NCBI GenBank assembly: GCA_014360755.1
Contig: JACIWX010000002.1
Location: 269,988 to 333,987, forward strand
Source: Chloroflexota bacterium
GTDB taxonomy: Bacteria > Chloroflexota > Anaerolineae > UBA2200
Length of the DNA stretch: 64,000 nucleotides
Direction of reading: 5' to 3'
Shown here: piece after piece, positions 16,785 through 27,430 of the stretch
Numbering within the stretch: the first letter of the stretch is position 1
Layout of the letters: each line of letters begins with the position of its first letter
Made by a program: the position numbers and the translations under genes
Notes under the pieces: generated by a model
Database searches by the model: none
What the model saw: only the letters and a program-made list of their open reading frames with translations
What the model was told of the DNA's origin: nothing

Positions 16785-18751
16785 CTCTGGCTGGGCAACC
16801 GAATGTAGGCAAAAGCACAGTATTCAATCTGCTTACCGGTTTGAACCAGCACGTGGGTAATTGGCCCGGCAAGACCGTCGAACAAAAGACCGGCATATGC
16901 CACTGGCAAGACTGGACATTCGATGTGGTGGATTTGCCAGGCACATACAGCCTAAGCGCCAACTCACCGGAGGAACTGATCGCACGCGAGTACATCATTA
17001 AAGAAAGGCCAGACGTCGTCGTAGCCATCGTGGATGCAGCAGCCCTCGAACGCAATCTCTACCTGGTTTCCGAGTTATTGCCTCTGCCTGTGCCTATTGT
17101 CATTGGTTTGAACATGGTGGATGTGGCTGAACAGCAGGGGCTCAAAGTGGAACCTCACGTGCTGGAAGCAGCATTGGGCGTGCCTGTAGTGCCCATGATT
17201 GCCACAAAGGGACAGGGCGTCACAGAATTGCTAGCGCGTATCCAGGATATTGTGTGCAATGGTGCAAACTATACTCCCAATGTGCCGGACATCCGCACGG
17301 ATCATAAAGAAATTCTAGACCGCATCGAGGCACTTGTTGCTGACCATGTGCCTCCAGAGTATCCCCAGACATGGGTGGCACTCAAAATCCTGGAAGGCGA
17401 CAAACAACTGACGGAGATGATGCGCACGCGGCTGCCCCAGGAGGCTTGGGATGAAATCTACCGAATTATTAAGCAACACGAGGATGCCTGTGTGGCTGTC
17501 GCCAGCGGGCGATATGCTTGGATTGGGCGCATGGTGCGTGCCGCAGTGGTAAAACCCAAAGCAGGTCAGATTTCATTGACCGATCGGTTGGATCGCTGGG
17601 CAACACACCCCCTGTGGGGCCTGTTCATCCTCATTGGGATACTGGCATTGACCTTTTGGCTGACATATACTATTGCCTCACCTGTTACACAGCTTTTGGA
17701 GGCGTACGTCGTGCATAACCTAGCGAATTTGGCTACCACTGAGTTGGCCTCTGCTCCTGCCTGGCTGACAAGTTTGGTGGTAGATGGGATAATCGGGGGC
17801 GTGGGAACTGTGCTGACCTTTTTCCCCATCCTGCTCATCTTTTTTGCTATGCTAGGCATCCTAGAAGATATCGGCTACATGGCGCGAGGAGCCTATGTCA
17901 TGGACCGCTTTATGCACATGATAGGCTTACATGGCAAATCTTTCTTGCCCTTGTTCTTAGGATTTGGCTGCAACGTGCCGGCAGTGCTAGGCTCACGCGT
18001 CATTGAATCAGAGCGTGGTCGCCTCTTGACCATCCTCCTCGCTCCACTGGTTCCTTGCACAGCGCGCATGGCTGTCGTAGCTTTCCTGGCGCCTGTTTTC
18101 TTCACTGCCCCAACGCTTGTGTCTTGGGGCTTGCTCACCATCAATCTCATTGTGCTGGCTCTTTTGGGCGTGCTCCTGCACAAGTTCGTGCTGAAAGGAG
18201 AGCACATTGCATTCATCATGGAGCTCCCTTTGTACCACTTGCCCAATTGGCGCACGATTGCCTTGACAGTCTGGCAGCGGTTGCTGTCCTTCTTGACCAA
18301 AGCAGGCACTATCATCTTGATTGCCTCGGTCGTCATCTGGGCTCTCTCTACTCTGCCTCATGGGGACATTGAAACCAGCCTTTTGGCCGCCTTTGGGCGG
18401 CTTTTGGAGCCCGTTGGCCAACTCATGGGCTTGGATTGGCATATGATAGTCGCCCTGCTCAGCGGATTTGTGGCGAAAGAGAATGCTGTTGCCACACTGG
18501 GCGTGCTTTTTGCCACAGAAGGAAACGGGGCTGGCTTGGCAGCAATCTTACCCACTATTCTGACTCCGGCGGCAGCGTTGGCATTTTTGGTCGTAGAGAT
18601 GTTGTTCATTCCATGCATCGCCACGCTAAGCGCCATCAGGCAAGAGACCAATTCCTGGCGATGGACCCTTTTCAGTGTATTGCTCCTGTTCCTGGTCTCG
18701 CTGGCTGGTGGGCTGCTCACCTATCAGATCGCCCGCCTGCTCGGTGGGTAA
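16745..18751 (+). CDS. feoB: Ferrous iron transporter FeoB.
   Basis: G-domain motifs GQPNVGKST and DLPG. Gate motif-containing polytopic membrane domain. AAGGAG RBS precedes the ATG. Confidence 0.95.
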   Translation: MSQSGQERKRIRIALAGQPNVGKSTVFNLLTGLNQHVGNWPGKTVEQKTGICHWQDWTFDVVDLPGTYSLSANSPEELIAREYIIKERPDVVVAIVDAAALERNLYLVSELLPLPVPIVIGLNMVDVAEQQGLKVEPHVLEAALGVPVVPMIATKGQGVTELLARIQDIVCNGANYTPNVPDIRTDHKEILDRIEALVADHVPPEYPQTWVALKILEGDKQLTEMMRTRLPQEAWDEIYRIIKQHEDACVAVASGRYAWIGRMVRAAVVKPKAGQISLTDRLDRWATHPLWGLFILIGILALTFWLTYTIASPVTQLLEAYVVHNLANLATTELASAPAWLTSLVVDGIIGGVGTVLTFFPILLIFFAMLGILEDIGYMARGAYVMDRFMHMIGLHGKSFLPLFLGFGCNVPAVLGSRVIESERGRLLTILLAPLVPCTARMAVVAFLAPVFFTAPTLVSWGLLTINLIVLALLGVLLHKFVLKGEHIAFIMELPLYHLPNWRTIALTVWQRLLSFLTKAGTIILIASVVIWALSTLPHGDIETSLLAAFGRLLEPVGQLMGLDWHMIVALLSGFVAKENAVATLGVLFATEGNGAGLAAILPTILTPAAALAFLVVEMLFIPCIATLSAIRQETNSWRWTLFSVLLLFLVSLAGGLLTYQIARLLGG

Positions 18752-18811
18752 CCATACCCCCTGCCCTCTACACCAGCGACACCCTTATTCTGCAAGGAGG
18801 TTCGGAGATAG

Positions 18812-19069
18812 ATGTTGGAGAAACTCCTGCAAATCCTAGCCACTGGTGGTACCCACAACCTTAAGCACCTAGCCCAGCAATTGGACGTCAGCGAAGCGCT
18901 TTTGCAAAGCATGATCGAAGAGCTGGTTCGCCTAGGCTATTTGCAACCTCTGAATGCGAAATGTCGCGCTGACTGCAAGGCTTGCCCTATTGCCAGTGAC
19001 TGTGCCCTCGGAGCCGCCAATCATATATGGGTGTTGACCGAAGCCGGCAAAAAAGTGGCACAGTGTTAG
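18812..19069 (+). CDS. FeoC-like small winged-helix protein with a Cys cluster.
   Basis: 85 aa. LAQQLDVSEALLQSMIEELVRLGYL wHTH plus CRADCKACPIASDC. Position immediately after feoB. Confidence 0.5.
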   Translation: MLEKLLQILATGGTHNLKHLAQQLDVSEALLQSMIEELVRLGYLQPLNAKCRADCKACPIASDCALGAANHIWVLTEAGKKVAQC

Positions 19070-19096
19070 ACTTTTATATGAATTGCCGCAAAAATC

Positions 19097-19127
19097 TTGA
19101 CAACAATGCACTAGGGTTATAGAATGT
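19097..19127 (+). promoter_or_regulatory. Sigma-70-like promoter (TTGACA ... TATAGAAT) upstream of grpE.
   Basis: Read directly from the sequence. Confidence 0.4.
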
Positions 19128-19137
19128 CCTTGCAACG

Positions 19138-19677
19138 ATGGAACAGGAAGGGGTTAGTGCGATGGATGAGAAGGACATCTCCCAAGACACCGAGCAGCGA
19201 GGCGACTTGCAAGAACAACTCGCGGCAGCCCGAAAAGAGGCCGCCGAAAACCGCGATAAATATCTCCGTGCTTTGGCAGAATCCGAGAACATGCGCAAGC
19301 GTCTGGAGCGCCTGTGCGAAGAGCGCATGTGGCAGGAGAAAAAACGCTTACTGACCCATTTCATCGAACTGGGCGATCAATTAGAGGAAGCCCTGAAGTA
19401 TGCCGATGCAGACGATCCACTGGGCACCGGCATACGCCTGACCTACCAGCAATTACAGAACATCCTTGCTAAGGAAGGTGCTGAGATTTTGCCTACAGTG
19501 GGGCAGATTTTCGACCCTAATGTCCATGAAGCGGTGGAGCTGACCGACAGCGCGGGAAAGGAAAATGAGGTTACCTTTGAATACCGTAAGGGCTACATGC
19601 TCGACGGTAGGTTGCTGCGTCCGGCGCGCGTACAGGTCAGAAAAACCAACAATAAAAAAGAAGAAACAAACGCTTGA
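19138..19677 (+). CDS. grpE: Nucleotide exchange factor GrpE.
   Basis: RALAESENMRKRLER and C-terminal β-domain LDGRLLRPARVQV conserved GrpE features. Confidence 0.85.
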   Translation: MEQEGVSAMDEKDISQDTEQRGDLQEQLAAARKEAAENRDKYLRALAESENMRKRLERLCEERMWQEKKRLLTHFIELGDQLEEALKYADADDPLGTGIRLTYQQLQNILAKEGAEILPTVGQIFDPNVHEAVELTDSAGKENEVTFEYRKGYMLDGRLLRPARVQVRKTNNKKEETNA

Positions 19678-19711
19678 AATATTGCTTGGTTAGAGAACTG
19701 GGGTAAGCGGT

Positions 19712-20647
19712 ATGGAGTACAAGGACTATTACAAGATATTGGGCGTGGATAAGACAGCCAGCCAACAGGAGATCAGAAAAGCCTATCGGCGCCTGGCTCG
19801 CAAATACCACCCCGACGTGAACCCGGGGGACAAGACCGCGGAAGCCCGCTTCAAAGAGATCAACGAAGCCTATGAGGTGTTGAGTGATCCTGAGAAGCGC
19901 AAGAAATACGACGAGCTCGGTGCAAGCTGGCAGCAGTGGCAGCGCATGGGCGGAGATCCACGTGGCTTTGATTGGAGCCAGTGGTTTGCCGGTGGGCAAC
20001 CCGGAAGCGGCCCGCGTGTGCACGTGGAATATGGCGATCTCGGTGACCTTTTCGGGGGCGGATTTTCCGAGTTCTTCCGCACGATCTTTGGGGATATGGG
20101 CGGTGCTGAATACGTGCGGCAAACACGCAGCCGCCGCGGTAGCGATCTAGAGTATCCGGTGGAAATCACACTGGAGGAAGCCTACACAGGTACCACCCGC
20201 ATCCTGCAGCTAGACAACCGCAGGATTGAGGTCAAGATCCCCGCCGGCGTAGACAACGGTTCACGCGTGCGGATAGCAGGAGAAGGCGCTCCTGGCATTG
20301 GGGGCGGGCAGAAAGGCGACCTCTATCTCAAGATCTCGGTCCTCCCGCATAAAATCTTTGAGCGCAAGGGGGACGACCTATATTGCGAAGTGCCCATTGA
20401 CCTCTACACGGCAGTCCTCGGCGGCGAAGTCCCAGTGCCCACATTGAAGGGCCAGGTCATGCTCAAAGTCCCTCCGGAGACGCAGAGTGGCAAGCGTTTT
20501 CGTCTCAAGGGCTTGGGCATGCCCAATCTAAAGAATCCGGGGGTTAAGGGCGATCTCTATGCCGAAGCAAAGATCGTCCTGCCGCGTGGACTGACCAAGC
20601 AAGAGAAGGAACTCTTTGCTCAACTAGCAGCATTGCGTAGCCGTTAA
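19712..20647 (+). CDS. J-domain co-chaperone of the CbpA type (DnaJ without the zinc-finger domain).
   Basis: J-domain [34 protein letters not shown] with HPD. G/F region and CTD I/II present. No CxxCxGxG repeats. Confidence 0.8.
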   Translation: MEYKDYYKILGVDKTASQQEIRKAYRRLARKYHPDVNPGDKTAEARFKEINEAYEVLSDPEKRKKYDELGASWQQWQRMGGDPRGFDWSQWFAGGQPGSGPRVHVEYGDLGDLFGGGFSEFFRTIFGDMGGAEYVRQTRSRRGSDLEYPVEITLEEAYTGTTRILQLDNRRIEVKIPAGVDNGSRVRIAGEGAPGIGGGQKGDLYLKISVLPHKIFERKGDDLYCEVPIDLYTAVLGGEVPVPTLKGQVMLKVPPETQSGKRFRLKGLGMPNLKNPGVKGDLYAEAKIVLPRGLTKQEKELFAQLAALRSR

Positions 20648-20669
20648 ACCCATGCAAAGGAGTATAGAG

Positions 20670-21923
20670 ATGAGAAAAGTTATACAAAAATGGTGTCTGA
20701 TCGGCTTCATAGGCTTATTGCTGTTCAGTCTAACCGGCTGTGGACTCTGTGGGTTACCGGTCTGTGGGCGCTTGTCGCGTCCGGCGCCTACTCCGACTGC
20801 CGTTGGGCGCGCACTACCCGAGTTGGTAACCGCTACGCCCACAGCTTTGCCTGCTGAGGTCATTAAAGAAGCGGATGCTGAAGAACTGCTGCTTATCAAC
20901 ATCTACAAACGGGTGAACCCGTCGGTAGTTCATATCCGTGTGGTGCAGCGAGTTAGTTCTGAGGGATTCACTCTTCCCCAGATCCCAGGATTCCCGAATA
21001 TCCCGCAGAGCCCTGAAGAATTCTATCAGCAAGGCAGCGGGTCTGGATTTGTGCTAGACAAAGAAGGACATATCGTTACAAACAACCATGTGGTGGAGAA
21101 TGCTGAGGAGGTACAGGTTACCTTTCATGATGGCACGACCGTGCATGCCAAGGTTGTCGGAACTGATCCGGACAGCGATTTGGCCGTGATCAAGGTGGAT
21201 GTGCCAGAGGCAATGCTCTATCCTGTCGAATTGGGTGATTCGGATCGTTTGGAGGTTGGCCAGCGCGCCATCGCATTGGGTAATCCATTCGGGTTACGCG
21301 GGACCCTCACTACAGGGATCATCAGTGCACTGGGCCGCAGCCTACCCTTAGGGCGTGCCTCGGAGATCATCGGAGCGCGTTTCACCATACCTGAACTCAT
21401 TCAAACGGATGCTGCGATTAACCCTGGCAACTCCGGTGGCCCATTGCTTGATTCGCAAGGCCGCGTGATCGGTGTGAACACCGCTTATGAATCTAGTGCA
21501 TCGGGTATCGGCTTTGCTGTGCCGGTGAACACGGTAAAACGCGTCGTGCCTAAGCTAATCAAAGACGGCTACTATCCCTATCCCTGGCTTGGCATCAGTG
21601 GCACTGACCTTTCTCTGGACATCATTGAGGAAATGAACCTGCCGGTGCAACGTGGCGCGATCATCCTGGAAGTTACACCTGGCAGCCCTGCCGAGAAGGC
21701 AGGTTTGCGCGGCAGCACCAAGACGGTACAGAAAGCCGGCCGCCAGATTCAAATTGGCGGTGACGTGATCATTGCCATTGATGGGCAGAAGGTGACACAA
21801 TTCGAAGACCTCCTGGTTTACATCCTGCGCTATACCGAGGTAGGCCAGGAAGTAACATTGACCATTATCCGTGATGGCAAGGAGCGTTCCGTAACAGTGA
21901 AACTTGGCGAGAGGCCCAAGTAA
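20670..21923 (+). CDS. HtrA/DegP-family serine protease (trypsin-like domain plus PDZ). Start revised to the Met after AAAGGAG.
   Basis: Catalytic TNNHVV, DLAVIK and [20 protein letters not shown] motifs. C-terminal PDZ. N-terminal lipobox-like LTGC. Confidence 0.85.
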   Translation: MRKVIQKWCLIGFIGLLLFSLTGCGLCGLPVCGRLSRPAPTPTAVGRALPELVTATPTALPAEVIKEADAEELLLINIYKRVNPSVVHIRVVQRVSSEGFTLPQIPGFPNIPQSPEEFYQQGSGSGFVLDKEGHIVTNNHVVENAEEVQVTFHDGTTVHAKVVGTDPDSDLAVIKVDVPEAMLYPVELGDSDRLEVGQRAIALGNPFGLRGTLTTGIISALGRSLPLGRASEIIGARFTIPELIQTDAAINPGNSGGPLLDSQGRVIGVNTAYESSASGIGFAVPVNTVKRVVPKLIKDGYYPYPWLGISGTDLSLDIIEEMNLPVQRGAIILEVTPGSPAEKAGLRGSTKTVQKAGRQIQIGGDVIIAIDGQKVTQFEDLLVYILRYTEVGQEVTLTIIRDGKERSVTVKLGERPK

Positions 21924-21945
21924 TAAAAAGTTGGAGGGATAGGCT

Positions 21946-23109
21946 ATGAAGCGCATGGCAACTCTATGGATACTGATTGGTCTGTTGGCTGCAGCTTTGC
22001 TGGCTTGTGACATGTCACCCCGCATCAGCCCTACACCACAGCCTTCACCCACGCCTATTGTCATCGTGGTTACCTCCACCCCATTGCCGCCGACGGTGGT
22101 GCAGACTGCCGATGCAGCAGAACAAGTAGTGATTGACGTCTATGCCCGCGTCAGCCCTGCGGTTGTGTATATCACCAGCCGCGTGATCGTGCGAGATTTC
22201 TTCTGGGGCGCTATCCCCCAGGAAGGTACAGGGTCCGGGTTTGTGATTGACAAAGAAGGGCATATTGTGACGAACAACCATGTCGTGGAAAATGCAGAAA
22301 AGATCGTCGTAACCTTATCGGATGAAACCTCAGTCGAGGCGAAATTGGTCGGAACGGATCCAGCAAATGACTTGGCAGTGCTCAAGATTGATGTCCCGCC
22401 CGAAAAATTGCACCCGGTCGAATTGGGCACTTCGGCTGATTTGCGTGTGGGGCAACGGGCAATCGCTATTGGCAACCCCTTTGGCCTGGACCGTACGTTG
22501 ACCACCGGCGTGATCAGTTCATTGGGCAGGCCGCTGGATTTAGGCGGGGGCCGACGCCCGATTTACAACGTCATCCAGACCGATGCCGCCATTAACCCAG
22601 GGAACTCCGGTGGTCCACTGCTAGATTCGAAGGGCAGGGTGATTGGCGTCAACACCGCCATTTATTCACCCAGCGGCGGATCAGTGGGTATCGGTTTCGC
22701 CATCCCGGTGGATACGGTGCGCCGTGTGGTCAAATCCATCATTGAGAAGGGGTACTATCCGCATCCCTGGCTGGGGATCACGGGTTTGACCATAGTCCCA
22801 GAACTGGCGAAGGCACTTGATCTGCCAGTCGAGCGAGGCGTACTCATCGTTGAAGTAACACCTGGCCAGGCTGCCGCACGCGCAGGGTTGCGTGGCGGGC
22901 AGCGCCGTGTACAGGTGGGAAGCTATATCATCCGCGTTGGCGGTGACATCCTGATTGGCATTGATGGCAGAAAGATCAAGGAAATCGGAGATTTGATCAA
23001 ATATCTGGAAACAGAAACTGAGGTTGGACAACGGGTAACTCTGACCATCATTCGCGACGGTCGTGAAATGACCCTACAGGCCACATTAGGTGAACAACCC
23101 AGACAGTAG
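21946..23109 (+). CDS. HtrA/DegP-family serine protease, paralog of the upstream gene.
   Basis: Same catalytic triad motifs ([32 protein letters not shown]) plus PDZ. Confidence 0.85.
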   Translation: MKRMATLWILIGLLAAALLACDMSPRISPTPQPSPTPIVIVVTSTPLPPTVVQTADAAEQVVIDVYARVSPAVVYITSRVIVRDFFWGAIPQEGTGSGFVIDKEGHIVTNNHVVENAEKIVVTLSDETSVEAKLVGTDPANDLAVLKIDVPPEKLHPVELGTSADLRVGQRAIAIGNPFGLDRTLTTGVISSLGRPLDLGGGRRPIYNVIQTDAAINPGNSGGPLLDSKGRVIGVNTAIYSPSGGSVGIGFAIPVDTVRRVVKSIIEKGYYPHPWLGITGLTIVPELAKALDLPVERGVLIVEVTPGQAAARAGLRGGQRRVQVGSYIIRVGGDILIGIDGRKIKEIGDLIKYLETETEVGQRVTLTIIRDGREMTLQATLGEQPRQ

Positions 23110-23129
23110 TATCTGGAGGAAGCATAGCT

Positions 23130-23486
23130 ATGCAGTACCCAAGCCCTGATGAACCTTGCTATGTAATCAGCATTGCAGCGCAAATGGTCAATCTGCATCC
23201 GCAGACCTTGCGTTATTACGAACGCATTGGCTTGGTGGTGCCAGCGCGTTCTCGGGGGAATATCCGGCTCTACTCCCAACGGGATATCGAGCGTCTGCAG
23301 AAAATCTCTCGGCTAACCAACGAGTTAGGCGTCAACCTGGCAGGAGTAGAAGTGATTATGCACCTAACCGATACCATTGAACGCATGCAAGCCGAGATGG
23401 ACGCGCTACGGGCATCGCTCGAAGCAGAGATCGAACGGCTGCGGCAACGTCTGCGCAGCAGTGGCATAGCCGTTGACGAAGAATGA
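23130..23486 (+). CDS. hspR: MerR-family heat-shock regulator, HspR-like.
   Basis: N-terminal Mer[31 protein letters not shown]-terminal coiled coil. Located in the grpE/cbpA/clpB neighbourhood. Confidence 0.6.
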   Translation: MQYPSPDEPCYVISIAAQMVNLHPQTLRYYERIGLVVPARSRGNIRLYSQRDIERLQKISRLTNELGVNLAGVEVIMHLTDTIERMQAEMDALRASLEAEIERLRQRLRSSGIAVDEE

Positions 23487-23523
23487 CTTGTCCCTTTTAC
23501 CAAATATTTGAGGAGGTCAACCA

Positions 23524-24612
23524 GTGATTACAGAAAAGGAACTTCAAGAACTAGCGGAATTCGTCAGCGAAGGCGCGCCAGCACTGAGTCTGTATCTTGA
23601 TACGGATCTCACCCAACAACCTAAAGAGAAATGCAAGCTCGTCCTACGCGATTTGTTGGACAAGGTGAGGGATTCGGCATCGGACAAGGATCTGGCGCAA
23701 ATCGAGCGTTTCTTTGACTTGGAATACGACTGGCAGGCAAGAGGAGTGGCGATATTCTCTGCCGCTGAGCAGGGATTTTGGCGCGTCTACCCATTGGCTG
23801 CTGGCATCGAAAGCGAAGCTCACATCGGGGACAGGCTGTACCTCAAGCCCCTCACCCATTTCCTGGATCACTACGACCGTTATGGCGTGGTGCTGGTTGA
23901 CCGCGAGAGTGCGCGCTTCTTCCTCCTGCACCTAGGGCAGATTGAGGAGAAGAGCGAATGGATTGGGCAGGATTTGAAGCGTCACAAACAAGGCGGATTT
24001 GCTGCTGCCCGCTATCAGCGCCACGTGGACAAACAAGCAGAGCAGAATTTGAAATTGGCGGCTGAAGCAGCTACTCGCTTCTGTCAAGAAAACCGCTGCA
24101 AGGGAGTTATCCTAGGCGGAGCGGAGGAGACATTAGCCCGCTTTCGCGAAATGCTGCCCAAAGCGCTGCAGAAACAAATCATCGGCACTCTAGTGCTGGA
24201 TGTGACCGCTCCCGCCAGCGAGGTGATGGAGCGTGCAACGGAACTCATCCGGTCTGAGGAAAACAAGCGGCAGCAAAAACTGGTCGAGGACCTCATCACC
24301 GCAGCAGCCAAAGGTGCAGGCGCGGTAACGGGCTTAGCCGATACTTTTTACGTCGCCCATCAAGGGCGTGCCCATATCTTAGTGGTGGAGAAAGACTTTG
24401 AAGCCGATGGTTACCTGTGTGATGGGTGTCAATATGTCAGCGCAGAGCCGGCCACCAAGTGTCCCTTCTGTGGCGGTAAACTGCACAAGATCCACGGGGC
24501 TGTAAACCGTGTAGTGCAGCGGGTTATCGAAGCGGGAGGCAAAGTAGAAACCGTAACGGATAACGAAGCCTTGGCCAAAGCAGGGCACATTGGTGCGATT
24601 TTGCGCTATTAA
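23524..24612 (+). CDS. Conserved hypothetical protein with a C-terminal zinc-ribbon, possibly an eRF1/Pelota-like (baeRF-type) fold.
   Basis: CDGC...CPFCGG zinc ribbon. Internal KQGGFAAARYQRH loop. Sits between hspR and clpB. Confidence 0.4.
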   Translation: MITEKELQELAEFVSEGAPALSLYLDTDLTQQPKEKCKLVLRDLLDKVRDSASDKDLAQIERFFDLEYDWQARGVAIFSAAEQGFWRVYPLAAGIESEAHIGDRLYLKPLTHFLDHYDRYGVVLVDRESARFFLLHLGQIEEKSEWIGQDLKRHKQGGFAAARYQRHVDKQAEQNLKLAAEAATRFCQENRCKGVILGGAEETLARFREMLPKALQKQIIGTLVLDVTAPASEVMERATELIRSEENKRQQKLVEDLITAAAKGAGAVTGLADTFYVAHQGRAHILVVEKDFEADGYLCDGCQYVSAEPATKCPFCGGKLHKIHGAVNRVVQRVIEAGGKVETVTDNEALAKAGHIGAILRY

Positions 24613-24706
24613 AAAGTGATGAGTAACGAGTAACGAGTGACAAGTGACGAGTAACGAGTGACGAATAAAAAATTACGTAGCACTCTAGCCCTCATGGAGG
24701 AGTAGT

Positions 24707-27298
24707 ATGAATTTGAATCGCTATACAGAAAAGGCGCAAGAAGCCCTGGTCCAAGCCCAGGAACTTGCGATGGAATATAATCACAGTCAAATTGATCCGG
24801 AGCATTTGCTCCTGGCGCTGCTGCAACAAGCAGATGGCGTGGTGCCGCAGATCATCGCGAAATTGGGCCTCACGCCAACACTGTTACAGCGTCCATTGGA
24901 AGAGGAATTGCAGCGGCGTCCCAAGGTCTATGGTGCGGCGGCGCGAGTTGGCATTGGGCCAACATTGCAAAATGTGCTCAACCGCGCCGAAGCGCAGGCG
25001 CAGTCCATGCGAGACGAATACGTATCCACCGAGCACCTGCTGATGGGCTTTGTGCTGGTGCCGAGCGGGCGTGCGGGTGAAATCCTGCAGCAGTATGGTA
25101 TCACGCTCAACCGCATTTATGAAGCCCTGACCAGTATCCGTGGCACCCAACGGGTGACAGACCAACACCCCGAAGGGAAATACCAGGCATTGGAGAAATA
25201 TGGGCGTGACCTGACCCAATTGGCGCGGCGCGGCAAGCTGGACCCGGTCATCGGGCGGGATGAGGAAATCCGCCGCGTTATCCAGGTGCTCTTACGGCGC
25301 ACGAAAAACAACCCGGTACTGGTGGGTGAGGCAGGCGTCGGTAAAACGGCCATTGTCGAGGGGCTTGCCCTACGCATTGTGCGCGGCGACGTACCCGAGG
25401 GATTGAAAAACAAACGCATCGTCGCCTTGGATTTGGGTGCTCTAGTGGCTGGAGCCAAATACCGCGGCGAATTTGAGGAGCGCTTGAAAGCAGTGCTCAA
25501 AGAAGTTACCGACTCTCAAGGCGAGATCATCCTCTTCATTGATGAACTGCACACGGTTGTTGGCGCTGGTGCAGCCGAAGGGGCGATGGATGCGAGCAAC
25601 ATGCTCAAGCCAATGCTGGCTCGTGGAGAGTTGCACTGCATCGGGGCAACCACCCTCGATGAATACCGCCAGCACATCGAGAAGGACGCTGCACTGGAAC
25701 GCCGCTTTCAGCCGGTCTATGTCAGCGAGCCTACGGTGGAAGAGACTATCAGTATCCTGCGCGGCTTGAAGGAGCGCTACGAGGTGCACCATGGCGTGCG
25801 TATCCAAGATGCTGCCTTGGTCGCTGCGGCCGTGCTTTCGCATCGCTATATCACGGACCGCTTCTTGCCTGATAAAGCCATTGACTTGATTGACGAGGCG
25901 GCTGCGCGGTTGCGCATGGAAATTGACAGCCTCCCAGCCGAACTCGACGAAGTCGAACGGCGCATCATGCAATTGCAAATTGAACAGCAAGCGCTCAAGA
26001 AGGAAAGCGATGAAGCATCCCAGGAACGCCTGAAGAAGATTGAGCAGGAACTCGCTGAACTTAAGGAAAAGAGCACCGCGATGAAGGGCCAATGGCAGCA
26101 AGAGAAAGAGGCTATTCAGGCCATCCAGCAACTCAAAACGCGCATTGAGGAAACCAAACAAGCCATTGAGCAAGCCGAGCGCCGTGCTGACCTAGAGCAG
26201 GCAGCAAAATTGCGCTACGGAGAATTGCCCAATCTGGAGCGAGAACTGCGCGCTCAGGAACAGCGCCTCCGGGAAATACAGCGTGGGCAACCCATGCTCA
26301 AGCAGGAGGTGGACGAGGAAGACGTCGCAGAGGTTGTCTCTAAATGGACGGGTATTCCTGTCTCGAAACTGCTGGAAGGCGAGAAAGCCAAATTATTGCG
26401 TATGGAAGAAAATCTGCGCATGCGCGTGGTGGGCCAGGACGAGGCGATTTCTGCCGTAGCGAACGCGGTACGACGGGCAAGAGCCGGCCTGCAGGACCCG
26501 AATCGGCCTATCGGTAGCTTCCTGTTTCTCGGCCCTACTGGCGTGGGCAAAACGGAACTGGCTCGCGCTTTGGCTGAGTTTCTCTTCGACGATGAAGACG
26601 CCATGATCCGCCTGGACATGAGCGAATACCAGGAGCGCCACACCGTTGCGCGCTTGATCGGTGCACCGCCAGGCTACGTTGGCTATGAAGAAGGCGGCCA
26701 GTTAACAGAAGCCGTGCGCCGGCGGCCGTATTCCGTGGTGTTATTCGATGAGATTGAAAAGGCGCACCCAGAGGTGTTCAACGCCCTCCTGCAGGTGCTG
26801 GACGATGGCCGGCTAACCGATGGCCATGGGCGTACAGTGAATTTCAAGAATACGGTGATCATCATGACCTCCAATGTCGGCAGCCACTGGATTAAGGAAT
26901 TGGGTGGCCGCGATGAGGCGGAGATGCGCCGCCGGGTGCTGGAAGCCTTGAGCCAGCAATTCCGACCAGAATTCCTGAACCGCATTGACGAGGTCATCAT
27001 CTTCCATTCACTAGGTATGGAACAATTGATACAAATTGTGGACATCCAGCTACGACGCTTGCAGGCTTTGCTCAATGACCGCAAGGTCAAACTAGAGCTA
27101 ACACCAGCCGCAAAGCAGCGTCTGGCGGAAGAAGGTTATGACCCCGTTTATGGGGCAAGGCCCCTCAAACGGGTCATCCAGCGACGGATACAGGATCCAC
27201 TCGCTTTGAAACTGCTGCAAGGCGAATTCAAAGAAGGGGATGAGATCGTGGTAGACGTCCAAGACGGTGAATTTGTCTTTAGAGCGAATAGGAAGTAA
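24707..27298 (+). CDS. clpB: Chaperone disaggregase ClpB.
   Basis: Two AAA modules (GEAGVGKT; GPTGVGKT). Long coiled-coil M-domain. Clp N-domain repeats. 863 aa. Confidence 0.9.
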   Translation: MNLNRYTEKAQEALVQAQELAMEYNHSQIDPEHLLLALLQQADGVVPQIIAKLGLTPTLLQRPLEEELQRRPKVYGAAARVGIGPTLQNVLNRAEAQAQSMRDEYVSTEHLLMGFVLVPSGRAGEILQQYGITLNRIYEALTSIRGTQRVTDQHPEGKYQALEKYGRDLTQLARRGKLDPVIGRDEEIRRVIQVLLRRTKNNPVLVGEAGVGKTAIVEGLALRIVRGDVPEGLKNKRIVALDLGALVAGAKYRGEFEERLKAVLKEVTDSQGEIILFIDELHTVVGAGAAEGAMDASNMLKPMLARGELHCIGATTLDEYRQHIEKDAALERRFQPVYVSEPTVEETISILRGLKERYEVHHGVRIQDAALVAAAVLSHRYITDRFLPDKAIDLIDEAAARLRMEIDSLPAELDEVERRIMQLQIEQQALKKESDEASQERLKKIEQELAELKEKSTAMKGQWQQEKEAIQAIQQLKTRIEETKQAIEQAERRADLEQAAKLRYGELPNLERELRAQEQRLREIQRGQPMLKQEVDEEDVAEVVSKWTGIPVSKLLEGEKAKLLRMEENLRMRVVGQDEAISAVANAVRRARAGLQDPNRPIGSFLFLGPTGVGKTELARALAEFLFDDEDAMIRLDMSEYQERHTVARLIGAPPGYVGYEEGGQLTEAVRRRPYSVVLFDEIEKAHPEVFNALLQVLDDGRLTDGHGRTVNFKNTVIIMTSNVGSHWIKELGGRDEAEMRRRVLEALSQQFRPEFLNRIDEVIIFHSLGMEQLIQIVDIQLRRLQALLNDRKVKLELTPAAKQRLAEEGYDPVYGARPLKRVIQRRIQDPLALKLLQGEFKEGDEIVVDVQDGEFVFRANRK

Positions 27299-27430
27299 AG
27301 TAATGGTGCAGAGAGCCGAGGATAGGTAAAGGGTAATGAGTGACGAGTGGGGAGTGAGGAGGCAAGACGGAGTACGCAACATGAAACAATCTCTTATGCT
27401 CGGTGCTCTCTAAATGAGAGGTGAACGAAT

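Noticed and set aside
25442-26173. 243-aa antisense ORF within clpB, with others within the ClpC-like gene (28580-29377).
   Set aside because: Shadow ORFs in a highly conserved gene.
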